IMG/VR virus record: IMGVR_UViG_3300031993_000003
Length of the DNA: 64,000 nt
DNA from: a virus
Strand: one strand, 5' to 3'
In this document: positions 19,852-28,777 of the stretch, in pieces
Numbering within the stretch: the stretch's first letter is position 1
Layout: every line of letters begins with the position of its first letter
Position numbers and translations under genes: made by a program
The notes under the pieces: generated by a model
What the model was told of the DNA's origin: nothing
Database searches by the model: none
What the model saw: the letters and a program-made list of their open reading frames with translations, nothing else

Positions 19852-20403
19852 CTAGTCCACTATCCCGCCCCCGTAGAACTCGGACATGGTCAGCCCTCGG
19901 TAGATTCTCCTCTCTCGGTTAATCATCTTGCGGCCATACTTTGAGGTTCCCTCCATTTCCCACTTTATATTCGGGTCACGTTCCTCCTCGGGAGTTGCCG
20001 GACGCCATACCACCGCGGCATCCTCTGCTTCCTTGATGTGCTTGTGCGGCAAGTCCTTGGCGAGCATGGAGATGACGATGTTGGCGAGCGTATCGGGGGA
20101 ATTGGTGACGAACTGCCTTCTCACCACCTTGTACTTGTCTGTGCCCATGATGTCACCCACCCAAATCTGCCCCTCGGACATGGAGTAGATGGCGTTCCTC
20201 CACTTGTCCATGCAGTCGGTGTCCACCACTACCTTTCCCTCTTCAGACATGGGCTTAACCACGAAGAAGATGTGGCTCTCGGGGAAGGTGTTGCGAATCC
20301 TGCGCGCGAGGTCTTCAGCGTCAGTCACCTGTTGGTGCTCGCTGTCAGCGGTAAAAACGATGTTTCCATAACGCTTGTAGACCGAAAGAGTATCTTGTGC
20401 CAT
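19852..20403 (-). CDS. Hypothetical protein
   Basis: GGAGG RBS, start MAQDTL. Confidence 0.8.
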   Translation of the reverse strand: MAQDTLSVYKRYGNIVFTADSEHQQVTDAEDLARRIRNTFPESHIFFVVKPMSEEGKVVVDTDCMDKWRNAIYSMSEGQIWVGDIMGTDKYKVVRRQFVTNSPDTLANIVISMLAKDLPHKHIKEAEDAAVVWRPATPEEERDPNIKWEMEGTSKYGRKMINRERRIYRGLTMSEFYGGGIVD

Positions 20404-20587
20404 AGTAACCTCCGTTGTTGGCACATATATTATGTCTCCCGCAGTCTCCCGTGGCATCCCCCGGGAGATACCGGTGGCAACCGGCTCCTACCGGAAGACG
20501 CACCGGAACCCCCTCGGGCTGTGCCGGAGGGGGCGAACGGGATAGGCCTCCCGAGGGGTATCGGGAGGACTACCTATACTGGTATCG

Positions 20588-20785
20588 CTACCATCTTCGC
20601 CATGCGGTCTTGATGACGGCCGCATAGAACGTCACGAGGACAACCACCCACGAGACCCCGAGCTCGATGGTGTCACCCGAGAACGCCCACGTGCCGTTGG
20701 CGAGGGCGACTGCCGTGATTGCGGTCTCGCCTACGAGGGCGAGGGTGAAGGCGGTCAGCACCGCCACGATGAGTGTCTTGAACAT
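20588..20785 (-). CDS. Small 2-TM membrane protein, paralog of 25045-25320
   Basis: AFTLALVGETA...IELGVSWVVVL versus AFTVALVAETV...IELCVAWGVVL. Confidence 0.75.
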   Translation of the reverse strand: MFKTLIVAVLTAFTLALVGETAITAVALANGTWAFSGDTIELGVSWVVVLVTFYAAVIKTAWRRW

Positions 20786-20947
20786 AGGCAACCTACCTTT
20801 CAGTTCTGCGGGTTTCTTGGGCAACCCGATATAGCCCTTTCCTATACACTATATGCACACCGGAACCTCCCGCAGGCATCCCCCGGGCAATCCCGGTAGA
20901 TACCGCGGAGGTAACCGGCCGGCACCTGAAGGAACCGGCAGGAACCG

Positions 20948-21190
20948 CTATGCGTCCATGGTGACCCGCAGGCAGTCCATCAGTCTCTCCTCGTTGCTCT
21001 TGTGCAGGGCAACGTAATCCGCAACAAGCTCCTCAATTAGATGCCTTGCCTTATCCACGATGGACTTGGGGGCGTAGATGCCACAGAGGTACTCAAGCCG
21101 GTCGCAGTGGCGTTCTATCAGCGTGGCGAGCTCGTCCTCACGGGCGAGGGAATCGGTGAAAGTGGCGAGCGTTGTGTTCTTGTTTGCCAT
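20948..21190 (-). CDS. Hypothetical protein
   Basis: AAAGGAGA RBS; preceded by a canonical sigma70-type promoter. Confidence 0.8.
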   Translation of the reverse strand: MANKNTTLATFTDSLAREDELATLIERHCDRLEYLCGIYAPKSIVDKARHLIEELVADYVALHKSNEERLMDCLRVTMDA

Positions 21191-21220
21191 GGTTGTCTCC
21201 TTTGTTTGGCGTTCATTAAT

Positions 21221-21249
21221 ATTATCGTTCAAGCTCGGCAGGGTGTAAA
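21221..21249 (-). promoter_or_regulatory. Sigma70-type promoter TTTACA-17-GATAAT
   Basis: Exact 17-bp spacing; a second TTTACA box lies upstream at about 21324-21329. Confidence 0.75.
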
Positions 21250-21498
21250 GGACTTTTTTTTAATTTTTTTCCTCTAAGCTCTAACCGCCCTTCTACTCTA
21301 TATATCGCCTAGCGTAGCATATTTGTAAAGCGAAGTCAACCATATTTTTGTAAAGTTTGATTTACACGGAATGCATCCCCCGGAACTTCCCGGTAGGTAA
21401 CCGGGAGCAGCCCGCGTCTTCCGGTACCCTCCTGTCTGAAGCAAACGGGAAAGCCCCCGGTAACTGCCGGGGGCTTCCGTTGAGAGGTAGGTAAGTGT

Positions 21499-21801
21499 CT
21501 ACTTGGCCACGCGGAGCGTCTCCCCGCATCCCGTGAACCATGGCGGGTTGTTCACGGCTTCGTCCCAGCGGAATCCGCCTTCCTTGACGACCTGCTCCAG
21601 CTCGTCAGCGGTCAGGTTGGCGGCATCGTCAGTGGATTCCGTTGCGCCAAGCTCGGAAGAGACCACGAAGAACCCGCCACCGTCATAGTCGTACATCAGC
21701 TTCATCCCGAGGTCTGCGAGCGCCGCGTTGAAGTCGTTCCACAGGGAAACAGCCGCCTTCCTCTGCTCTTCAGTCACGTGTTTAAAAATTTTTCCTGCCA
21801 T
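21499..21801 (-). CDS. Hypothetical protein
   Basis: GGAGG RBS, start MAGKIF. Confidence 0.8.
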   Translation of the reverse strand: MAGKIFKHVTEEQRKAAVSLWNDFNAALADLGMKLMYDYDGGGFFVVSSELGATESTDDAANLTADELEQVVKEGGFRWDEAVNNPPWFTGCGETLRVAK

Positions 21802-21969
21802 GGTAGCCTCCCGTGTTGTACATATATTATGTCTCCCGGAAATCCCCGGGAGCATCCCCCGGAACTTCCCGGTGGATACCTCCAGCCCCGGCTGCTCCAG
21901 GACTGCTCCGCCAGAAAAAAGAAAACCTCCCGGATATTTCCGGGAGGTTCCGCAGGGCAGGTAAAAATG

Positions 21970-22452
21970 TCATTTCATGTTCAGCACGCGCTCCTTCGGG
22001 GTCTTCACGAAGTTCTCCCCGACAATTCCCGCTAGCGCGTCCTCGTCAATCCCAGCGACCTTCATCGCCTGCGTTGGCGTCAGCCCCACGGCGAACTCGG
22101 CCACGTCCTTGCCGTACTCGGCGGCGAGCGCCCTCGCGGCCGCCACCCCGTCCGTGAACTTGAGCTGGTACGTCTGCTTCTCCCACGAAGCACACGCCGG
22201 GAGATGCTCGGGGTCTACCTTCATGCACTGCTTGAAGCCCTCCTTGATGCTCTCGGCCACCACCTCGCACCACCTCATGTACTCCCACAGGTCGCGGAAG
22301 TCATCGTCCATCCCCGCACGCGTGTCGGAATACGCGGGGTCGTCCTTAGCCACCTCGGTCAGGAAACGGTAAGCCCTCATCGCACCCTCGGTCAATGCGG
22401 ACGGATTTATGATGTAGTCTAGCGGTTGGATAAAAATTTCTTTCCTTGCCAT
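21970..22452 (-). CDS. Hypothetical protein
   Basis: Single-gene cassette. Confidence 0.8.
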   Translation of the reverse strand: MARKEIFIQPLDYIINPSALTEGAMRAYRFLTEVAKDDPAYSDTRAGMDDDFRDLWEYMRWCEVVAESIKEGFKQCMKVDPEHLPACASWEKQTYQLKFTDGVAAARALAAEYGKDVAEFAVGLTPTQAMKVAGIDEDALAGIVGENFVKTPKERVLNMK

Positions 22453-22621
22453 AGTGCTTACCTCTCTTTACATATATTATGTCTCCCGGAAGTCCCCGGG
22501 AGCATCCCCCGGGAACCCCCGGTAGATACCGTCCAATCCGGCTGCAACCGGTACCTTCAGTCCAGAAAAAAGAAAACCTCCCGGACAATTCCGGGAGGTT
22601 CCGCAGGGCAGGTAAAATGTC

Positions 22622-23002
22622 CTAGAGGTTCTCGAGCTCCTCCTCTACGAGCTCCCTCTGCATGTCAGTCCATATGGAGGAGAACATCGGCGCCATCATG
22701 TTGACCCGGACGCAGTTCACCACGTCCTGCGGCCCTCCCGAGACCATGCCGCTTATCAGGTTCAGCCCGGCCACCTTGCCCGTGTGCATGGCCAGGTACA
22801 GCGGGATTCGGTTCCCGCATTCCGGGTAGCGCTCGTAGAGCCTGCGCAGTATGTACCTGTCACGCTCCAGCGCCTTCTCTATGCCGGAAATCACGTTGCC
22901 GAGCGGCTTGCCGTCGTTCTTCGCACGGATGTCCTCGAATTCCTCGGCCATTCCGTCCACTATCCCGTCAAGTTCCATCTTCTCGTCTTCGCTAAGTGCC
23001 AT
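22622..23002 (-). CDS. Hypothetical protein
   Basis: GAAAGGCAGGTA leader. Confidence 0.8.
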   Translation of the reverse strand: MALSEDEKMELDGIVDGMAEEFEDIRAKNDGKPLGNVISGIEKALERDRYILRRLYERYPECGNRIPLYLAMHTGKVAGLNLISGMVSGGPQDVVNCVRVNMMAPMFSSIWTDMQRELVEEELENL

Positions 23003-23101
23003 ATCTTACCTGCCTTTCCTTGCCGTGAAGCCCATTCCTCCCGGCTCAGTCCCTATACCTCCCGGTAAACCCACGGAGCATCCCCCGGAAGTCCCCGGTA
23101 G

Positions 23102-23398
23102 CTACCCCGTAACCAGCGCGTCGAACAGGTTCTGGTGGTAGGAGGTCGTCCTGCTCCAGTTACCGAGCCGCACAGTCCGGTCACCCCTCACGATGCTCAC
23201 GATGGTGCTGTAGGATTGCAGGCAACGTACACCGTTGGCGCTGTCGTACACCTCCCATGCATGCCCCGCCCCGTGGAAGGAACCCCTGCCCGTCTCTACC
23301 TCGCGGACAACCTCGAAATGCGGCGCCGGATGTCCCTCGGCCAGCATGCTCTCGTATGCCGAATGCTCAAACGGATATGTCCATGTATGCCTTGCCAT
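23102..23398 (-). CDS. Hypothetical protein, paralog of 25997-26287
   Basis: Shared W.VYD.ANG...SY.T.VS...LG.WS.TT..HQ.LF. Confidence 0.8.
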   Translation of the reverse strand: MARHTWTYPFEHSAYESMLAEGHPAPHFEVVREVETGRGSFHGAGHAWEVYDSANGVRCLQSYSTIVSIVRGDRTVRLGNWSRTTSYHQNLFDALVTG

Positions 23399-23565
23399 GA
23401 TTCACCTGCCTTTTACACCTATATCCTCCCGGTTCCTCCCGGGAGCATCCCCCGGGAAATCCCGGTAGATGCCGCAAAGTCCAGCTGCCTTCCAGGGCCA
23501 TGACTGAAGAAAAAAAGAAAACCTCCCGGGATTTTCCGGGAGGTTCCGCAGGGCAGGTAAAAATT

Positions 23566-24177
23566 CTATCGGTTGATGCTACTATCGAAGACGTACGGGT
23601 CAATCCGGCACATGCTTGTAACCCCGCACTTTCCCACCACTATGTGGTCAAGTACCGGAATCTTCATTATTTTACCGGCAGAGCAGAGCTCGCGGGTGAT
23701 TCCCCAGTCCTGCGTGCTCGGTTCCGTCGAGCCGCTCGGGTGGTTGTGTGCGACAATTATGCTCACCGCGTTGTCCAGCAGGGCGACACGGAACACCTCC
23801 CGGGGGGCGACCTGGGTCTGGTTCACCAGCCCCACCGTCACCTCGTGCGTCCCGATTACGTGGTTCACCGAGTCAAGGGTCAGCACCACGAAGCGCTCCT
23901 GCGTGGAGAACTTCAGCCCGCAGAGGTACGGCATCGCGTCGTCGGGGTTCACCACCTCCCTCGCCTGCGTGCCCACCACGTAGCGGGCGGAAAGCTCGCA
24001 ACAGGCGATTATCTTGTCCGCCGTGCTCCCGCCTACGCCGCGGAACCTCATCAGCTCATCGCGGCTCGGTATGGTGCTACGGCTCGCCAGGTAGTCAGTC
24101 ACCTGCCGGGCGAGCACCACGTCGCCCAACACTGCCCCGAAAAGCCTTTCTGTCTTCTGTGCGTTCTCGATATCCAT
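23566..24177 (-). CDS. radC: RadC family JAB/MPN domain protein
   Basis: HhH motif FRGVGGSTA; QERF...AHNHPSGSTEPSTQD...VLDHIVVG. Confidence 0.95.
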   Translation of the reverse strand: MDIENAQKTERLFGAVLGDVVLARQVTDYLASRSTIPSRDELMRFRGVGGSTADKIIACCELSARYVVGTQAREVVNPDDAMPYLCGLKFSTQERFVVLTLDSVNHVIGTHEVTVGLVNQTQVAPREVFRVALLDNAVSIIVAHNHPSGSTEPSTQDWGITRELCSAGKIMKIPVLDHIVVGKCGVTSMCRIDPYVFDSSINR

Positions 24178-24563
24178 AGTCTTACCTCTCTATACCCCTT
24201 ATACACCCCGGTACCTCCCGGGAGCATCCCCCGGAAGTCCCCGGTAGATTCCCCGGGAAGACACTGGCGCTGTCCTGGTACCGGTCCAGGAAAACATATG
24301 GAACCTTATCCGTGGTATCCGCCTATCCTGCCGAACCCGGCCTCAACCGTGTAGTGTCTCTTGGCAATGCCGCCCGCGTTCTTGTACATGTTCCACTCTC
24401 CTGTTTTTAAATTGTTCTCCCGGGCTATCCGGAAAGTCCATTCCCCGGTGCATCCCCCGGACGTTCCCGGTGCCTGCCGGGATATCCAGCTGCATCCTCC
24501 TGGACGCCAACTGCCAGGCATAAGGGAAACCTCCCGGAATTCTCCGGGAGGCTCCTTGGCAGG

Positions 24564-24863
24564 TCAAATGTCCGTCACCCTCGCGTACTCGGCGAGCACC
24601 TTTTCCTCCACGTACGCCTTCAGTGCTGCGTCCTCAGGCTTGACGACACTGCGGATGTCCTCCCCCCTGTAGAACGGGTCAAGGGGGTAACTCACGAAAA
24701 GACCGTCGGTCCCATCCATAACCCTGAGACCCCGTACCGTCAGCGAGCCGTTGAACGTCACTACGGCCAAAGCCTTGAGGTGACCAAGGTCTTCCTTGAA
24801 CGGGAACACGCGCACCTCGGTCAGTATGAGCCCGTTAACTCCTTCAAAAATGTTTTCTGCCAT
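24564..24863 (-). CDS. spoVG: SpoVG family protein
   Basis: LTEVRVFPF...LKALAVVTFNGSLTVRGLRVMDGTDGLFVSYP. Confidence 0.9.
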   Translation of the reverse strand: MAENIFEGVNGLILTEVRVFPFKEDLGHLKALAVVTFNGSLTVRGLRVMDGTDGLFVSYPLDPFYRGEDIRSVVKPEDAALKAYVEEKVLAEYARVTDI

Positions 24864-25044
24864 GCTATACCTGCCTTTTCCTTGTAATTTCCTTATCTTC
24901 CACAGAATATCCCGGGAGCATCCCCCGGAAGTCCCCGGTAGATACCGTCATCACCAGCTGCCAGACTCAGGGCCCGTACCGGGATGAACAGGTAAGCCCC
25001 CGGGTATTACCCGGGGGCTTCCGTCCTTCTCCTTCAATTTTCCC

Positions 25045-25320
25045 CTATTCCTCTTCAGTCTCCTCTTCTGTCTCCTCTTCAGTCTCCTCCTCGGTTTCCT
25101 CGTCATCCGGCCAGTCAGTAGGGGCATCCCACTTGATTACCGGGGTGAACACCGTCTTCACCACGCTCGCCACGAACACCGCGAGCACGACCCCCCATGC
25201 CACGCAGAGCTCTATCACGGAACCGATGTCCACCATCTTTCCCGTGGCGAACAGCACCGTCTCGGCAACTAGCGCCACCGTGAACGCCCCGAGAACTCCC
25301 ATTGTCAATACCTTGCGCAT
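25045..25320 (-). CDS. 2-TM membrane protein with acidic (EEET)n tail
   Basis: Two hydrophobic segments; paralog of 20588-20785. Confidence 0.8.
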   Translation of the reverse strand: MRKVLTMGVLGAFTVALVAETVLFATGKMVDIGSVIELCVAWGVVLAVFVASVVKTVFTPVIKWDAPTDWPDDEETEEETEEETEEETEEE

Positions 25321-25477
25321 ACCTTACCTGCCTTTCATTTCCACAAGCGATTCATTTCCCTTGCTTATACCCTATGCCTCCCGGAACCCCCCGGGAGCAT
25401 CCCCCGGAAGTCCCCGGTAGATACCTTACTCCCCACTGGCCCGCGGCCGGCGTCATCCAGGACAGGATACGGAAAAG

Positions 25478-25641
25478 CCCCCGGGAGCATCCCCCGGAAG
25501 TCCCCGGTAGATACCTAGATGTCCAGCTGCTTCCAGGGACCTGACGCGGGCCCGGGAACCTCCCGGAACCCCCCGGGAGCATCCCCCGGAAGTCCCCGGT
25601 AGATACCTAGATGTCCAGCTGCTTCCAGGGACCTGACGCGG
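25478..25641. repeat. Tandem ~71-bp duplication of repeat plus flank (empty cassettes)
   Basis: ccgggagcatcccccggaagtccccggtagatacctagatgtccagctgcttccagggacctgacgcgg at about 25481 and 25573. Confidence 0.9.
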
Positions 25642-25656
25642 CAACCGGTCCTATAT

Positions 25657-25714
25657 AAAAAAAAAGAAGGGAGCGGAACACTGTCCGCTCCCCGAACCTT
25701 TAACGAAAGGAGAT
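25657..25714 (-). ncRNA. Putative ~58-nt sRNA with 5' anti-Shine-Dalgarno sequence
   Basis: TTGACA(25749-25744)-17-TATATT(25726-25721), then AUCUCCUUUCGUUAAAGG, hairpin GGGAGCGGA/TCCGCTCCC and a U tract; no ORF. Confidence 0.65.
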
Positions 25715-25996
25715 ATCCATAATATAGCAAATATCTTCATCTTTGTCAAGTCAAAAAGCGGAAGTTTTTATTATACTGCTCGCCTGTGCACCATATTAAA
25801 AACTTATCCGTGATATCCGCCGACCCGAATAAATCCGTTTTCCCAGCTGAATCCCTTCATATTTAACTCCTTTTTTTAAGTTCTCCCCGCCTATCCGGTA
25901 ACCCAACCTCCCGGAGCATCCCCCGGATGTCCCCGGTAGCTCCCGGCAATTCCCCGCATGCAGCAGGAAGGGGGCCGTCGCCGACCCCCTCAGTCC

Positions 25997-26287
25997 CTAC
26001 GAGACGCTGTCCTCGAACAGTCCCTGGTGCCGCGTCGTGGTCATGGACCACTTCCCGAGATGCTTCACCCTGCCGCCGATGCACACCGAGACCACCGTCC
26101 TGTAGCTAACGCAGCACCATGCCCCGTTCGCCCTGTCGTACACCTTCCAGCAAGGAGTGCCCCTCTTCAGACGCTCCGGAGTCCCCCACTCGGGTTCCTT
26201 CGGGTTGTCCAAGGCCGCCATGTACGCCCCGTATTCACTCGGGCCGAATTCCACGCTCCTGCCCTCGCCCATGCAATACCATGTCAT
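25997..26287 (-). CDS. Hypothetical protein, paralog of 23102-23398
   Basis: Shared C-terminal motif. Confidence 0.8.
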   Translation of the reverse strand: MTWYCMGEGRSVEFGPSEYGAYMAALDNPKEPEWGTPERLKRGTPCWKVYDRANGAWCCVSYRTVVSVCIGGRVKHLGKWSMTTTRHQGLFEDSVS

Positions 26288-26449
26288 ATCTTACCTGCCT
26301 TTCCTTGTCAAGCGCTTCATTGCCCCTTGACATACTCCCTATACCTCCAGGAACCCCCCGGGAGCATCCCCCGGATATTCCCGGTAGATACCGGAGCAGG
26401 CCCCCGGGATTCCCCGGGAGCCCGCCTGGCAGGCACTATGCAAATCCCC

Positions 26450-26782
26450 CTACTTCCACGCGATGTCCTCCATGAGCCCGTCGAGCAGCTCCGCCACGTA
26501 CTTCTCCACGTCCTCGGCGGGTACCTTCGCAACGTCAAGCAGGCGCAACCCGCTGGACGCAACCACGCGCCCGTCCGAAGACAGCTCCATGTACGCCTTC
26601 TTGCCACCCTTGTAGAACTCCATGCTACGGCCAGTCGCCGACATGGACGTTATCACCGCAACGTCCCCGCTACGCACGCACGAGATGTTCTCCTCGCCCG
26701 CGAACTCCTCGCACACCGGCAACTCCGCCGACATCGCCATCGCCGCAAGGCCGAGACCCGCAATCACCGCTATGTTCCTCAT
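26450..26782 (-). CDS. Secreted hypothetical protein
   Basis: Signal peptide MRNIAVIAGLGLAAMAMSA. Confidence 0.75.
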   Translation of the reverse strand: MRNIAVIAGLGLAAMAMSAELPVCEEFAGEENISCVRSGDVAVITSMSATGRSMEFYKGGKKAYMELSSDGRVVASSGLRLLDVAKVPAEDVEKYVAELLDGLMEDIAWK

Positions 26783-27812
26783 GCCATACCTGCCTTTTCC
26801 TTCGTCGGCAAGACCATTCCCGCCGACATGCCACCTATGCCTCCCGGTTCCTCCCCGGTGCATCCCCCGGGAATCCCCGGTAGATTCCCCCGGACACCCA
26901 CTGGCGCCTCCAGGTTCCCTTCAGGCAGTTCCGCCTGCATTTACGGAGGAACCCTCCCGGGGGGTACCGGGAGGGTTCCTTGGACATCGGCCGCAAGACC
27001 TAATCGTCCTTGCCTGGCTCAGTCCAGCTGTCCTGCGGAACGAACGCAGAGTTCAGCATGACGAGAACCGCGAAGCCGAGCAACACCAATACGACGTACA
27101 TGACCCTACCTGCCTTTCCTTAGTCAGAGGGTGAATCCCCCTTGACATATGCACTATGCATCGGGACACCTCCCGCAGGCATCCCCCGGGAACCCCCGGT
27201 AGATACCGGGACATCCAGCTGCACGGGTCGACGCGGGCCCCTGACAGGGAAGGACTCCAGGAGGGAACCGGGAGCAGTCGGCGGTGGGCACCGGGAGCAG
27301 TCGGCGGTGGGCACCGGGAGCATCCCCCGGGAGGACCGGGTAGGCTCCGGGAGGTCACCCTGGTCCTGACCGGTACTGTGTCGTCTGGATAACCTGACCC
27401 TTAGGGGTTTACACCCCCCTTTATTTCACAAGTGCTCTACGCCGGTTCCTGGCCGGGAACTTTCGTTCCAGTTTCCTCCCGGTGCATGCTTGGTGGCAGC
27501 CAAGTGGCAGCCAGGGTACTCCCGGAGGCTCCCGGAGGCAGCCGGGTGGTGGACTTGGTGTCTCCCGGAGGCAGCCTGGCATGGGAATGGGTATCTCCCG
27601 GTGCATGCTTGGTCTCTCCCGGAGGCAATCTGTGGTTCCTCCCGGTACATGCCAGGTATATGCCTGGTATGCGGTGCATGCCTGGTGCAGTACTGGGTAG
27701 TACCGGGAGGAGGTGCATGGGAAATTAAAAGAATTTTTCTGGGTACGAAATATAAATTTTTGTTTACATAAAAGGCAATCGAATCGAATCGAATCGAGCA
27801 AGTTAGGGTACA

Positions 27813-27848
27813 GGGGGTAGGGGGGTAGGGGGTAGGGGGGTAGGGGGG
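27813..27848 (+). repeat. (G5-6TA)x5 tract, G-quadruplex-capable
   Basis: gggggtaggggggtagggggtaggggggtagggggg; preceded by (GAATC)n. Confidence 0.85.
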
Positions 27849-28131
27849 TATGGGATTTTCTGGGATGCCTCCCGGGAGACCCCCCGGGGGTTTCCTGGAG
27901 AAGTCCCTGGGGGTGGCCTGAAAATTTTTTGGCCTGGGGGGTCTAGGCTGGGATTTTCTGGGGGTACCTCCCGGGAGACCCCCGGGGGGTTCCGGGAGAA
28001 GACATGTGGGGTGGCTTTAGAAAAAATTTGGCCGGGGGTGAAATTGTGTTTTTAATTAGGGGTACCTCCCGGAAGGTTCGAGGTTTGGTACCTGGGATAT
28101 ACCGGGAGGAGGAGTAGGATAGCTTAATGGC

Positions 28132-28530
28132 TTAGGGGGAGATTTCGTCGAGTATTTTTAGCTGGGAGGATAGTTTCTCCCGGATGTTCCTGATGAATTT
28201 CCTGGCCTGGGACTTGGATATGAACATGATTCCTTCGCAGTAGTCATCGGGATGACGTTCTACGTAGTAGGGGTTGGAGAGGAATGTGGTGTTCTGGTAG
28301 CGGGAGACAATCTCGCCGACCTTGACATAGTCGTCTACGGAGTCTATGAAGGTGGTTGCATGGATGGCGAGGGGGAGGGTTTCTGGGTCTGAGGTGTCTT
28401 CCGGTAGCTTTCCGGTGAAGGAGATGCGGTCTACGGGGAAGATATAGGAGAGGTCATCTGCGGCCATCCAGCGGTTCTGGAAACGGAGGTTTGCGTTGAT
28501 GAGGATTTGTTTCTTGGTCGGTCTTGTCAT
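28132..28530 (-). CDS. Hypothetical protein
   Basis: ORF with AAAGGA RBS. Confidence 0.75.
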   Translation of the reverse strand: MTRPTKKQILINANLRFQNRWMAADDLSYIFPVDRISFTGKLPEDTSDPETLPLAIHATTFIDSVDDYVKVGEIVSRYQNTTFLSNPYYVERHPDDYCEGIMFISKSQARKFIRNIREKLSSQLKILDEISP

Positions 28531-28566
28531 GGAGGGTTCCTTTTGTAAAAATTGGTATACATGGAG

Positions 28567-28776
28567 TTACCGGAGCGCCTCTCCGCTCCCGGTGCAGTCG
28601 TCGTATCCCCAGCCCGAGCCAAAGCCGTGGCCGTTGCCCCAGCCGTACCTGGAACCGGCGCCGTAGCCGGAACCGTCACCGTATCCGATTGCGTAGGAGG
28701 AACCCTGCCCGGTTGCGCTGCCTGCGCCCAATCCGGTATCTGCCGGTGAGTTCTTGAGGAATTCGTCTACTTCCAT
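28567..28776 (-). CDS. Gly/Ser/Tyr-rich repeat protein
   Basis: MEVDEFLKNSPADT + GxG repeats; GGAGG RBS. Confidence 0.75.
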   Translation of the reverse strand: MEVDEFLKNSPADTGLGAGSATGQGSSYAIGYGDGSGYGAGSRYGWGNGHGFGSGWGYDDCTGSGEALR

Positions 28777-28777
28777 G

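Larger units (their letters stand above)
421..27345 (-). repeat. Dispersed ~45-bp cassette/promoter repeat, ~43 copies: CCGG-N6-CCGG-GAGCATCCC-CCGG-N6-CCGG (+ strand)
   Basis: Copies at about 427, 957, 2101, 3359, 4427, 4828, 5325, 6687, 7388, 8258, 8666, 10197, 10951, 11306, 12047, 12672, 13389, 13874, 16545, 17207, 17963, 18421, 18696, 19209, 19714, 20438, 20859, 21372 (partial), 21836, 22486, 23062, 23429, 24207, 24445 (partial), 24901, 25381, 25468, 25562, 25897, 26347, 26844, 27172, 27314; all in the same orientation, most directly upstream of a minus-strand RBS and ATG. Confidence 0.95.

Noticed and set aside
23005-27120. CAGGTAAG as a spliceosomal donor site
   Set aside because: Prokaryotic gene organisation; the motif sits at RBS distance from the ATG
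421-27345. CRISPR array or classical integron
   Set aside because: Spacers are whole genes of 0.1-2.7 kb, repeats are internally variable, there are no RYYYAAC/GTTRRRY attC boxes, and no cas or intI gene is in the window
93-27392. Numerous + strand ORFs and MLPG... N-terminal extensions in the ORF track
   Set aside because: Antisense shadows of GC-rich minus-strand genes; the MLPG/MPPA starts come from the ATG inside the repeat and lack an RBS
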